From the NCBI GenBank assembly GCA_000165345.1, contig CM000436.1, positions 992,001 through 1,056,000 on the forward strand: a stretch of 64,000 bases of DNA. The letters run 5' to 3'. Shown piece by piece: positions 37,021-50,894 of this stretch. The number at the start of each line of letters is the position of its first letter. The stretch's first letter is position 1. Below the pieces are notes generated by a model that did no database searches, was not told the DNA's origin, and saw nothing but the letters and a program-made list of their open reading frames with translations. The translations under genes and the position numbers were made by a program.

Positions 37021-37492
37021 AAAAGTTTGAAAGCAGAAAAGGTAAATTAAATATATAATTAATGAAAGTTAGATTTTAGGATTTTTTTTCACTTTTTTTT
37101 AAATCATTTTCATTTAACGCAAATAAAAAATATTAATTTAAAAACGTAGAAAAGATAAATATTTTAGTTACTTGAATTATACAAGAATATTTACAAATTG
37201 TAAATATGTGAGTATATAATCTTGTATAAAACACAAATCAATGAGTTTGTGAAAAATTATTTTTTTTAATTTGATACTGTGGATATTAACTTTTCTTATG
37301 TTGGATTAAAATTATAAGTTATAGTATGAACAGTGAAGGGAAATATCATCTTTTTGCCTTTTTTCTGTTTTGTTTTTTTAGCGTTTCTAAAATGACCATT
37401 ACTTTAGCAGTATTAAAATAATAGTATATCCTGTCGTAAACAATTTTTAAATAAAGCATAATCAACGTTTTCTTATTCACTTATTTCAATTA

Positions 37493-39298
37493 CTATTGTA
37501 CTCCAGGATATCTTCTTATACCAGGAGGGGGAGGCGGAGGAGGAGGAGGTGGAGGCGCAGCTCCTCCCAAAGAAGCACCGAAAGGTGAACCAGTATTCAT
37601 GGGTGAAGATTGCACTGGATTATTTCCTCCCATCATTGGTGGAATAGAAGTTGGGGCAGAATAAGAAGATGATGACGGAGGTAGTGGTGGTGGTGGCAAT
37701 GTAGAGGAAACTGTTTTTGGAAACCCTGAACCAGAAATGGCATCTCCTCCTGACATATATGATGAGCTTGGTCTGGGAGCTTGTGGGAATAATCCTTGCT
37801 GAGGTTTTGGAGGAGGTGGACTTGTTACAAACTGTGAATTCAAAGCCTGTGAGGGAGGAGATATTGCTGGAGAAGAGGCAGTTACCAGAGGAGCTTTTGG
37901 CATTGGAGGAACCGTTGGCATTGGAGGAGCTGCTGGCATTGGAGGAGCTGCTGGCATTGGAGGAGCTGTTGGCATTGAAGGAGCTGCTGGCATTGGAGGA
38001 GCTGCTGGCATTGAAGGAGCTGCTGGCATTGGAGGAGCTGCTGGCATTGGAGCTGCTGGTATTGAAGGAGCTGCTGGCATTGAAGGAGCTGCTGGCATTG
38101 GATGGAGAGGGGACTTTTGAGAATGAAGACCTTGTTCTGATGGAGAAAAGGCCTGGCCAAAGTGGTGCTGGCCATTGGCAGACAATAGTGGAGGAGAAGA
38201 AGAGGAGCTCTCGCCCTTAAATTGAAATTGGCTTGGAGTCTGGGCTCCAATAGTTCCAGAATTTTGTCCCCCCTGTTCTTGGAGAGAGGGCTCCTGAGTC
38301 GGATGTTGATTATTCATTGCAGATTGGAAGTCATTACTGAGCTCAGAGCCAATATGTTGTTGTTGTTGCTGGTGTTGTTCGTTTCCTGATATATTGGTAA
38401 GAACCTCCCATTTACCTTCCGAGTTTTCTCTAAAGAGAGTAACAACATCCTCTCCACTAGAAGCAGCTAAAACTGTTCCTGTTACACTCCAAGATACCCT
38501 CCAGACTGGCTCATTAAAGTTAAGTACTTGGCTACTATGCCAACCTTGTCCATCAGCATCTTGAGTCCAAATGACTACAATTTTATCATCACCGCAAGAA
38601 GCAATAGTCTCAGCAAGAAGATCTACAGATGGTCTCCAAGCAACATCTCTTACCCACTCAGAGTGAGCAACATCCAAAGTCTGATTCATCTCAGAAAGCT
38701 CCTTTGTTTGTGGATCCTGCTTCCAGATACGTATCTGGTTATCACACCCTCCAGAAACAAGTCTTATAGTTTGGGAAGATGGATTTGACGGTGAATTACC
38801 TACAGAGTTAGTTGCTGGAGCCCAAGATACTGAATTTGCTCCATTTGGGTGTCCAAATACCTGCTTCTTTGTCCAGCTCCTAGTTTCTGGACTATATGAA
38901 CAAACAGCTACCGAACCATCCGAAATAGCACAGGCAAATTGAAGCCCAAAATCCCATGGACACCAACAAACACCATTAATTGAAGATAAAAAATCATCAC
39001 AAGAGTAAACAATTTCCCATCTTGATCTTTGAGTTTCTTTCCAAACTAGAACCTTCTTATCATATGAACAAGAAGCTAATACACTCCCAAATGTGGGGTG
39101 AGCCCAACAAACCTGCCAAACTGGCCCTTCGTGACCTCTTAATTCTGCCAAGAAAGTTGGCTGATCCGTAGAGACATCAAATATTCTTATTGTGTGATCT
39201 GATGATGCTGTTGCCAGTCTACGGCCATAATAATCTAATTGTGTGTCATGCACTGGACCAGTATGGCCAGTATCAAAAGTTCCAATAACTTCCGCCAT
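37493..39298 (-). CDS. SEC13: Sec13 (COPII / nuclear-pore WD40 protein) fused to a roughly 300-aa Gln/Pro-rich C-terminal extension. The extension contains about 10 tandem heptad PMPAAPS repeats and a terminal poly-Pro tract.
   Basis: The N-terminal 300 aa match Sec13: DTGHTGPVHDTQLDYYGRRLATASSDHTIRIFDV...LRGHEGPVWQVCWAHPTFGSVLASCSYDKKVLVWKE. The C-terminus has QHQQQQQH, then (PMPAAPS)n, then PPPPPPPPPPPPGIRRYPGVQ. ATG at 39298. Confidence 0.8.
   Translation of the reverse strand: MAEVIGTFDTGHTGPVHDTQLDYYGRRLATASSDHTIRIFDVSTDQPTFLAELRGHEGPVWQVCWAHPTFGSVLASCSYDKKVLVWKETQRSRWEIVYSCDDFLSSINGVCWCPWDFGLQFACAISDGSVAVCSYSPETRSWTKKQVFGHPNGANSVSWAPATNSVGNSPSNPSSQTIRLVSGGCDNQIRIWKQDPQTKELSEMNQTLDVAHSEWVRDVAWRPSVDLLAETIASCGDDKIVVIWTQDADGQGWHSSQVLNFNEPVWRVSWSVTGTVLAASSGEDVVTLFRENSEGKWEVLTNISGNEQHQQQQQHIGSELSNDFQSAMNNQHPTQEPSLQEQGGQNSGTIGAQTPSQFQFKGESSSSSPPLLSANGQHHFGQAFSPSEQGLHSQKSPLHPMPAAPSMPAAPSIPAAPMPAAPPMPAAPSMPAAPPMPAAPSMPTAPPMPAAPPMPAAPPMPTVPPMPKAPLVTASSPAISPPSQALNSQFVTSPPPPKPQQGLFPQAPRPSSSYMSGGDAISGSGFPKTVSSTLPPPPLPPSSSSYSAPTSIPPMMGGNNPVQSSPMNTGSPFGASLGGAAPPPPPPPPPPPGIRRYPGVQ
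37899..38102 (-). repeat. 21-bp tandem repeat (about 10 copies, GCTGCTGGCATTGGAGGAGCT and variants) encoding the PMPAAPS heptads of the Sec13 tail.
   Basis: Direct tandem periodicity of 21 bp. The ORF-track entries 37717..38220 (+) and 37882..38250 (-) are frame shadows of this repeat. Confidence 0.85.
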
Positions 39299-39456
39299 TA
39301 TTGGTGATTGCTTCTTTTTGGAGCTTGTATTCCAATATATATATAAATATATATATCCGGATTTTTTTTTCTACTTTTTATTTATTCTCTTTCCGCTCCC
39401 CCATTTTCTTCCTCTTTCTTTTTTCTCCGGGAAAGTGGGGAACGCGTATTCACAAG

Positions 39457-39483
39457 AGCGCGCCAAAAGATTAATACGGTACC
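39457..39483. promoter_or_regulatory. E2F-like element GAGCGCGCCAAAAG plus GGTACC in the divergent promoter between Sec13 (-) and the centrin-like gene (+).
   Basis: GC island at 39421-39483 within an AT-rich 640-bp divergent intergenic region. Confidence 0.55.
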
Positions 39484-39941
39484 TTTCCACGTAATATAAT
39501 AATAAATTTATATACTCATTTTTATATTAATGAAATAGAAAAAATAATCATTGTAGAATTGAATATTGTTCCAGAATTTTAATTGGCACAAGGTATACTG
39601 TTGAATTTAAAATCTTGGTGATACGTCTGTATCTTTCAACATACTTTAATTCTTAATTAAACTATGAACTATTAAGATAGATATCAAAATTAATATTAAT
39701 TTATGAATATATGTGTGCATATATATACCAATATTATTGAGTAATACTTTATTTTCTTTGAAATCTCAACTTTATTTGAAATACTTTAACCAGGGATTCT
39801 ATTTGAATCTTATTATTACCAAGAGCTGGATCTATAAATATTATTTAATAAATACAAATCCAGAACTTCAAGGCTTTCATCTAACTTTGAATTGAATTAA
39901 TTTTTTTAATTTAACATCAAATTCTTCTCTTAATAAAAGTT

Positions 39942-40634
39942 ATGGATTTGGGTGAACTGAATAAGGAGCAAATTGAGGATGCTCGTTCTGTTTTTCAAGC
40001 GTTTGATACTGATAGAAATGGCCTTGTTGATAAGAGAGAACTTAAAGCTGCATTAAGGGCTTTAGGCTTTGATGTTAAAAAGAAAGATATTGAATTAGTT
40101 TTTACTGGATGTTTTGGGAATAGTTATTTAAGTATGAGTTCTGGTTCTAATAATAAAGCATTAGGAAATTCTATCGGACCCTCTCATATGAATGAATACT
40201 TGCCAAACATTGGTGGAAAAGACTTTGAATTTGATAGAGGAGTCAACTTTGAAGAGTTTTGTCAAATTCTAGTTTATTTAATGACAAGTCAAAATCTATT
40301 TGGTGTTGGGGCATTCTACGGAACCTCTGATCCTTCTCATGAAGTCTCTCCAGAATATGTTAAAAGAGTTTTTTCTTTATTCGATATTAATAACACCGGA
40401 AAGGTTGGAATTAGAAGTTTAAGAACTCTTGTTTCACAAATTTCTAGAGAACCTCTTTCTTTAAGTATGAGAAATTCTATTGAAGCTACAGATACCACCA
40501 TATTTTCAGATGATGATCTTACACAAATGATCAAACATATTGATAGAGATGGTGATGGATTTCTTGATTTTGAAGATTTTTATAGAGTTTTCCAATATTG
40601 TCATTCCAGTACACAAAATGACATAAATTTCTAA
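39942..40634 (+). CDS. Centrin/caltractin-like EF-hand protein with a roughly 50-aa low-complexity insertion in the N-terminal lobe.
   Basis: EF-hand loops DTDRNGLVDKRELKAALRALGFD and DRDGDGFLDFEDFYRVF, with centrin-like spacing and a MIKHID..DGDG C-terminal hand. The insertion is GNSYLSMSSGSNNKALGNSIGPSHMNEY. Confidence 0.65.
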   Translation: MDLGELNKEQIEDARSVFQAFDTDRNGLVDKRELKAALRALGFDVKKKDIELVFTGCFGNSYLSMSSGSNNKALGNSIGPSHMNEYLPNIGGKDFEFDRGVNFEEFCQILVYLMTSQNLFGVGAFYGTSDPSHEVSPEYVKRVFSLFDINNTGKVGIRSLRTLVSQISREPLSLSMRNSIEATDTTIFSDDDLTQMIKHIDRDGDGFLDFEDFYRVFQYCHSSTQNDINF

Positions 40635-40817
40635 TTCAATAAAGACAAAACAAAAATAATATTATAATACCTTAATCATTTCTAGGCTCATTTATCCACT
40701 ATTTGAAACTAAGTATATATATGTTAGTAAAATTATATAATTAAAATACCTTATAAAGGCTTAAAATCTTGTCATTCCTGTAGAAAGGTAATAGATCGAA
40801 TTTCTATATTAATATTA

Positions 40818-42191
40818 TTAGAAAGTACTCGAAGTAATATTAAGTGAAGGTAATGAAACTATTGATTTTGTTCGAATTGTTGTTCTATTATACATTAACA
40901 ACTGTGTTTGATTAATAGTTCCAGATCTCATCCCAACAGAAAGTCCCATTTTCATCATTTGTATCATTTTTGGTCTATCGGTAACGTCTAGTGCTAGAGA
41001 AGGCCAGAATTGAAAATCACTCCAACTACTTGGAGTCAAGTAATGTCTGAAAGTTGCTTGTGGAAATGTCTCAACAGCTTCTTTAAGTTTTGAAAGCCCT
41101 CTAATATTAAAATGTAAAATATCAAAAGCTCTATTAATATGATAGCGAATATTGATATCTGGTGAAAACCATAACCAATTTGGTTTTATTGGTTGTGTTT
41201 CTATAAAATCAACAACAACTTTATCTATTGTAACATTTTTGAATTCCATGCAATGTCTAATAGGATCAATTAAATTAGCATTTCCTCTAATTCCACCATC
41301 CATATAATAACTCCCTCCCACATATATTGGTCTATATACTAATGGATAAGCTAAACTGGCAAAAACTGCATCCAAAAGTTCATCATCAGTACTATTCCAG
41401 CCATACCATGTTTTTGGTAATCCATCCTCTATTCTAGTAGCTGTAATTGTAACTGATCTAGAGGAGTTTCTCTTATTGGAACCAAATTTATTTTTAAGAA
41501 TCTTTCTTGGTGCTGCAATTCCACATAAATGTTGAAAAACTGCATCTGGATCAATCATTTTTTTTAATAACATTTGTATCCAGTTACCAATATTTTTTTT
41601 AAGAGGTACCTGACAATCAGAAAGTATTCCTTGTTGTGCTGTCCACCAATAATTCCAAAGCTCATTAACCCATTCATATATTGATTTTTGAAATAATGCA
41701 CTATAGGCTCCAATTGCTCCCACACTTACACCAGAAATAACATCCCAATTAATGATCTTCCCTTCATCTCTATATCTTGTAATTAATCCTCTTAAAGCAG
41801 CAACTTCCCATGCTCCTCTGTTTGAACCTCCACTTAAAACCAATACATAACATTTATCTTTATCATAGTCTTCAAACTTTGTTTCATTAAGAAATAACCT
41901 CCCTACCAACTTATTATGAATTTTCAATGATAAATCTTCAGGAAAGACGTCAGGGAATTCAGTTGTCATCAAATTATGTGGATATACTGTCCAAAGTTCC
42001 ACATACTTTTCTAACAAAGTTTCATTAATATCCTGTGGTAACTCCTCCTTAAGAACTTGTCTAATGAAATCTGGTTCAAACAGCTCAGATGGATATGGAG
42101 TCTGAGCTCCCCATGGTTCAAATCCGCCAATAAAAGAAATATACCCAAATAATAATGCAAATAAAGTCAAAAGTGAAGACTTTGAAAACAT
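40818..42191 (-). CDS. Secreted patatin-like phospholipase, with an N-terminal signal peptide.
   Basis: Signal-like MFSKSSLLTLFALLFGYISFIGG. Patatin motifs: oxyanion LSGGSNRG, nucleophile elbow G-V-S-V-G (ISGVSVGAIGAY), catalytic Asp in YMDGGIRGN. Confidence 0.75.
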   Translation of the reverse strand: MFSKSSLLTLFALLFGYISFIGGFEPWGAQTPYPSELFEPDFIRQVLKEELPQDINETLLEKYVELWTVYPHNLMTTEFPDVFPEDLSLKIHNKLVGRLFLNETKFEDYDKDKCYVLVLSGGSNRGAWEVAALRGLITRYRDEGKIINWDVISGVSVGAIGAYSALFQKSIYEWVNELWNYWWTAQQGILSDCQVPLKKNIGNWIQMLLKKMIDPDAVFQHLCGIAAPRKILKNKFGSNKRNSSRSVTITATRIEDGLPKTWYGWNSTDDELLDAVFASLAYPLVYRPIYVGGSYYMDGGIRGNANLIDPIRHCMEFKNVTIDKVVVDFIETQPIKPNWLWFSPDINIRYHINRAFDILHFNIRGLSKLKEAVETFPQATFRHYLTPSSWSDFQFWPSLALDVTDRPKMIQMMKMGLSVGMRSGTINQTQLLMYNRTTIRTKSIVSLPSLNITSSTF

Positions 42192-42245
42192 TATTCAAAG
42201 TTTTCCTATTTATTTTGATCTTGACTTTTTTTTAATAGGAACAAG

Positions 42246-42258
42246 TTTGGCGCCAAAA
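42246..42258. promoter_or_regulatory. E2F-like palindrome TTTGGCGCCAAAA in the divergent region between the patatin gene (-) and a Ser-rich ORF (+).
   Basis: GGCGCC palindrome about 55 bp upstream of the patatin ATG (minus strand) and about 220 bp upstream of 42474. Confidence 0.55.
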
Positions 42259-42473
42259 CTGGAAATATTTATTATATAAGAAATATGTATTACTATTAAT
42301 TATATTTGTATATTTATATATTAATAAATAAATATATGAAAGGCTTAAGGCCTTAATTAATGCAAATAATAGTATTAATACAATACGAGTATATGTTATT
42401 TTTTCATCTAGAACCTTTTTTCTTTTGCTAATTTTAGAGATCCAGAGAATTAATTTCTCATAACAAGCTAAGA

Positions 42474-42884
42474 ATGGGTGAATCAAGATGGATGAAACAA
42501 ACACATTCCAAAATTAGAGTTGGCCCTGAATACCAAGCAGTAGTACCAGATCTAATAGTTCCTGAAAAGAAAACTCAAGATAAAAAAGATACTGAGTTTG
42601 GCGTACCTAATGGAACTAAATCTTCTTCTTTTTCTTCCTCCTCATCCTCTTCCAGCAATGCTGCTAGATCTTCAATCGGTACCAATCAGAATCATAGATT
42701 AAAAATTACTACGCAAAGCTTGGCTACTAGTAATAAATCTTCAAGATCTGAAAAAGATTTGTCACGAGACAGTAAAATCACAACTTTTGAATCTAGCAAT
42801 AAGCCAAAGAGCTCTATAAAGACTCAGAAAACAATATCAAAAACTAAAACCAATAATAAAACTAGCTCAAAATCTTCTAAATGA
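42474..42884 (+). CDS. Hypothetical Ser/Lys-rich low-complexity protein (136 aa); the coding status is uncertain.
   Basis: ATG ORF with an E2F-like element about 220 bp upstream. There is no domain and the composition is biased, so it could be spurious. Confidence 0.35.
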   Translation: MGESRWMKQTHSKIRVGPEYQAVVPDLIVPEKKTQDKKDTEFGVPNGTKSSSFSSSSSSSSNAARSSIGTNQNHRLKITTQSLATSNKSSRSEKDLSRDSKITTFESSNKPKSSIKTQKTISKTKTNNKTSSKSSK

Positions 42885-43298
42885 ACCTTTTTTTTCTCAA
42901 TTTTGATTTACTTTGTAAATTTATACTACAATTATAGCCAATAATACATATATTATTTATATATATCAATTATACCTATCTTTTACTATCAAAGTATTCA
43001 CTTTTATAATATTTATCATTTAAAGAGTAATTCATACAACTTTCTATTAGTCGCACACACACATTTGCTTGTAAATTAATTTTCGCATGTAATTTGACAC
43101 ATTTGATTATTCTAAATTTGTTAAATTAACTTCAACTACGATCCAGAAGGTAGATATTATGCATACCTTGGCTTGTAATTTTTCTAAATAATCAACCATT
43201 TTTACCTAAATAAGCTTATATATCAATATTTATCTTTATATTCTAAATGTGGAAGAAGAAAAATATTTCAAACTAGAATATATAAACAAAAATGCGAA

Positions 43299-43333
43299 TT
43301 TGGCGCCAAAATGGGTATCGTTTGAGACGCGCC
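43299..43333. promoter_or_regulatory. E2F-like palindrome TTTGGCGCCAAAA followed by GAGACGCGCC, about 500 bp upstream of the RRM-protein gene.
   Basis: GAATTTGGCGCCAAAATGGGTATCGTTTGAGACGCGCC. Confidence 0.5.
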
Positions 43334-43813
43334 TAAATTAATATAATTAAATAATGAAAAAAAAAAGGGAAAAATAAGTTAACAAAAATAATTAAAAATA
43401 ATATAGAATTGTTAAGGAAAAAATAGAGAATTTTCTTACATTGATTAAATAATTTACATACTTAGGTTCTAATTAATATAATAGGAAATATTACCACATA
43501 CAAAGTCTTTAACCAACTATAGTGTTTGAAGCCAAACTTTATGTTAAAACAAAAATTAATTCGTTTTAGCTAAAGTATATAAGAATAATTTATAGCATCA
43601 TAATAAAATACTTGGATATACGAAAATTACTTTAAGGAAGTATTAAAGACAAGAGAAGATCTTTTGGAAAAGTAAAGAGAGTTATCTGAATTTAGTTTTC
43701 CTTTATATTTAAGAATTTAATTAGAAATTAAACATTAATTTCCATTAATTACAAAGAATTCAAACTAATTTCAGTTGAGTTTGCATCGTTTTTATATTAA
43801 TAAAACTAATCAT

Positions 43814-45292
<1,479 letters not shown>

Positions 45293-45362
45293 ATATATTC
45301 CTCTTTTTTTGAATTATTTAGTAGTAAACTTTAAGTAATTAGTAACGATTTAGGAACTTGTA

Positions 45363-46813
45363 TTAATCTAATGTGTTGATGCTTTCAAGGTTTATTGGCA
45401 TTTTACACTCATCTTGATTATTATGTACTTTGTATTTGTGATCATCTTGATGATTTTCAGATAAAAGATAGCAGGAAATAGCCTTAACAGGAGCGGATAC
45501 ACATAATTTAGGCTTAATTTCATCATTTGAATCTTCTTCATTGATTATTCTTCTTTTAAAACAAAGTTTAAAAACCCCAACATTATTAACTAAAACAATA
45601 AGTATAACCAAACAGCCAAAAAATGCAGCAATAGACATAGATTGACCAATCTTATATACTTCTTTAATAAATTTACTAGAAGCTTCAAGATGCAATACTG
45701 TTAAGCTGTTTGAATCTTGTTCAATATTAATATCTTCTCTAGTAGCTAATTTAATTCTATTAATAGCATTAACAAAGTTTTCATTATTTAAAGATGGATT
45801 AATAAAGTGACCAGAATGTATATTGTACATATAAAAACTTGAATTATGTTTATTAACTTTATTTGGTAAGAAGAATAAAATTAAATCCATAATATGATAT
45901 AAACTAAATTCTTCCGATCTGAATCTAATTAAACGTAAAAGAAATAGAGTAATATCTCCAAGTTTCATTATATGCCAAGTTGCAGTTTTTGGAAAGTCAC
46001 CATGTACTAAAGGAGTATTATTTCCATAAAGTCCAACCTTAACAATTCTTTTATTAGGATCTAAATGTTTATGGAACATCCAAAGTTCTAAATAATCAAC
46101 ATCTAATCTTCCTGATAAATTCAGTTCTGTTATATCTGATGAAGATTTTCCTCTAGTTTTACTGGTTTTCATAATAAATGTATCTTCAATAGGATGCTTA
46201 TCAAGAGTCTGATTATCTAAACTAGTAAAATCTCCTTGATTAGTTTCAAAACAAAGACAATTTCTTCCACATCTTCTTACTGGTGCCTTTTTATATCCTA
46301 ATATACCTTGACTTCTTAATACTAGAAAGAATTGATTGTCATCTAGAAATTCAATTTCATCATTTACTCCTCTTTTATTAAATATTTGATTTCCGGTAAC
46401 ATCAGGTACAGTAATTGGACAAATTAGTATAGATGGTGCTTCAAAATAAGGTTGTATACCAGTTGAGGCTAACATGGATACAAACCATCCAGTTTGAGCA
46501 AAAATAATGAATAATAAGCCGCATATGAAATATAATGGAAACCATACAATAAGTTTAATAAAGAATGCAAAATTCTCAGCTTTTCTTGCTTCAATAGATT
46601 TACCAAATGATCCATCTAAAATAAATAAATAAATATATATATATATATGCAAGTCAATAAAAATTAATTAGAAGATTAAAGAATAACTTTATCATTATAA
46701 TTTAATGATAAAATCTCTATTTCTAAAAACTTACATGGTACTACAAAATTTCGAAATGATGAATAAATACTGATAATTACTTCTTTGATTGTATGTATAA
46801 TCTTGCTAATCAT
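45363..46813 (-). CDS. Two-pass transmembrane protein (TM segments near both termini, large middle domain) of about 440 aa. Proposed structure is exon 1 46735..46813, intron 46616..46734, exon 2 45363..46615.
   Basis: The main ORF is open for 59 codons upstream of its first ATG, and the ORF-track start is TTG. Upstream, ATGATTAGCAAG...GTAGTACCAT|GTAAGT provides ATG 46813 plus a GTAAGT donor (46734-46729 on the minus strand). The poly-Y tract TTATTTATTTATTTTAG acceptor ends at 46616 and joins in frame (…FVVP-Y-GSFGKSIEARK…). TM segments are FAFFIKLIVWFPLYFICGLLFIIF and SIAAFFGCLVILIVLV. Confidence 0.55.
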
Positions 46814-47185
46814 ATTAAATAATTTTTAAGATTGATTGCTTTTTTTTTTGTAATGAAATAACCAGATTAATTATTTTATAATTCTTTTTTATGGAATACT
46901 TTTTTTTTTAATTTTTATTTCCTTTTTTCTTATATCTACAAAGATTGAAGAAAAAAGAAATTTATTTATTAGAATGCAAGCAAGTTAATATGTTTATTCC
47001 AAAGTAATGCTTGAAATTTAATCCATTACTTAAATTAGTGTCATTTTATATTCATTCACAGAAATATAAATATATATCTTTATATATAAATATTACCTGT
47101 TATTTAGTTTTTTTTAATAATTTTCAATCAATTCTCTTTTCAACATATTTATTACATGATCATTTTACAATTTAATAAAGGGCAC

Positions 47186-47219
47186 GGCGCCAAAATTTTG
47201 GCGCCGTTGGCGGTACCGG
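47186..47219. promoter_or_regulatory. Perfect 20-bp palindrome GGCGCCAAAATTTTGGCGCC (double E2F-like site) plus GTTGGCGGTACCGG, in the divergent promoter between the 46813 (-) and 47478 (+) genes.
   Basis: Seen in sequence. It is the only GC island in the 660-bp divergent intergenic region. Confidence 0.65.
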
Positions 47220-47477
47220 ATAATATAAAAAGATGTAAAATGTCAAAAAAAAACGCTGCAATTTGTAAGGGAAGAAAAAAAAGTATAAAAACTTAAAAAA
47301 TAAGAAAATATTTGAATGTAAACTTATAACATATATAGATATATGTACATATGTATATAGGTTGGAATTCTTTAATTATTTTTTAAATTAAGATTAGAAC
47401 AAGATAGAAAATAGAGAATTTGGGAAAAGAATAAGAATAAGAAAAAAGGAAAGTATAATATTGGAGTCAAAAAAAAA

Positions 47478-50775
<3,298 letters not shown>

Positions 50776-50894
50776 TATATTAAAGTTAAGTTTTACTTAC
50801 TATTAGTTTTCTAATTATATATTTTAATTAGATTTGATCTTTTGACTTTTCTTCTCTTAGAGAGAGAGAGAAAAATGTTAATGTAAATTCTGAT

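Noticed and set aside
37003-37040. Mini-ORF MHLCGPKNTRGRGREKFESRK as a ribosomal-protein first exon.
   Set aside because: No match to any small ribosomal protein I know. It is kept only as part of the 'possible unannotated transcript' finding.
37493-39298. Horizontal transfer as the explanation for the GC-richer Sec13 and HMG-box genes.
   Set aside because: The Sec13 N-terminus is a typical eukaryotic orthologue. The GC excess comes from Pro/Gly/Ala codon repeats and probably from expression-linked codon bias. There is no flanking mobile-element signature.
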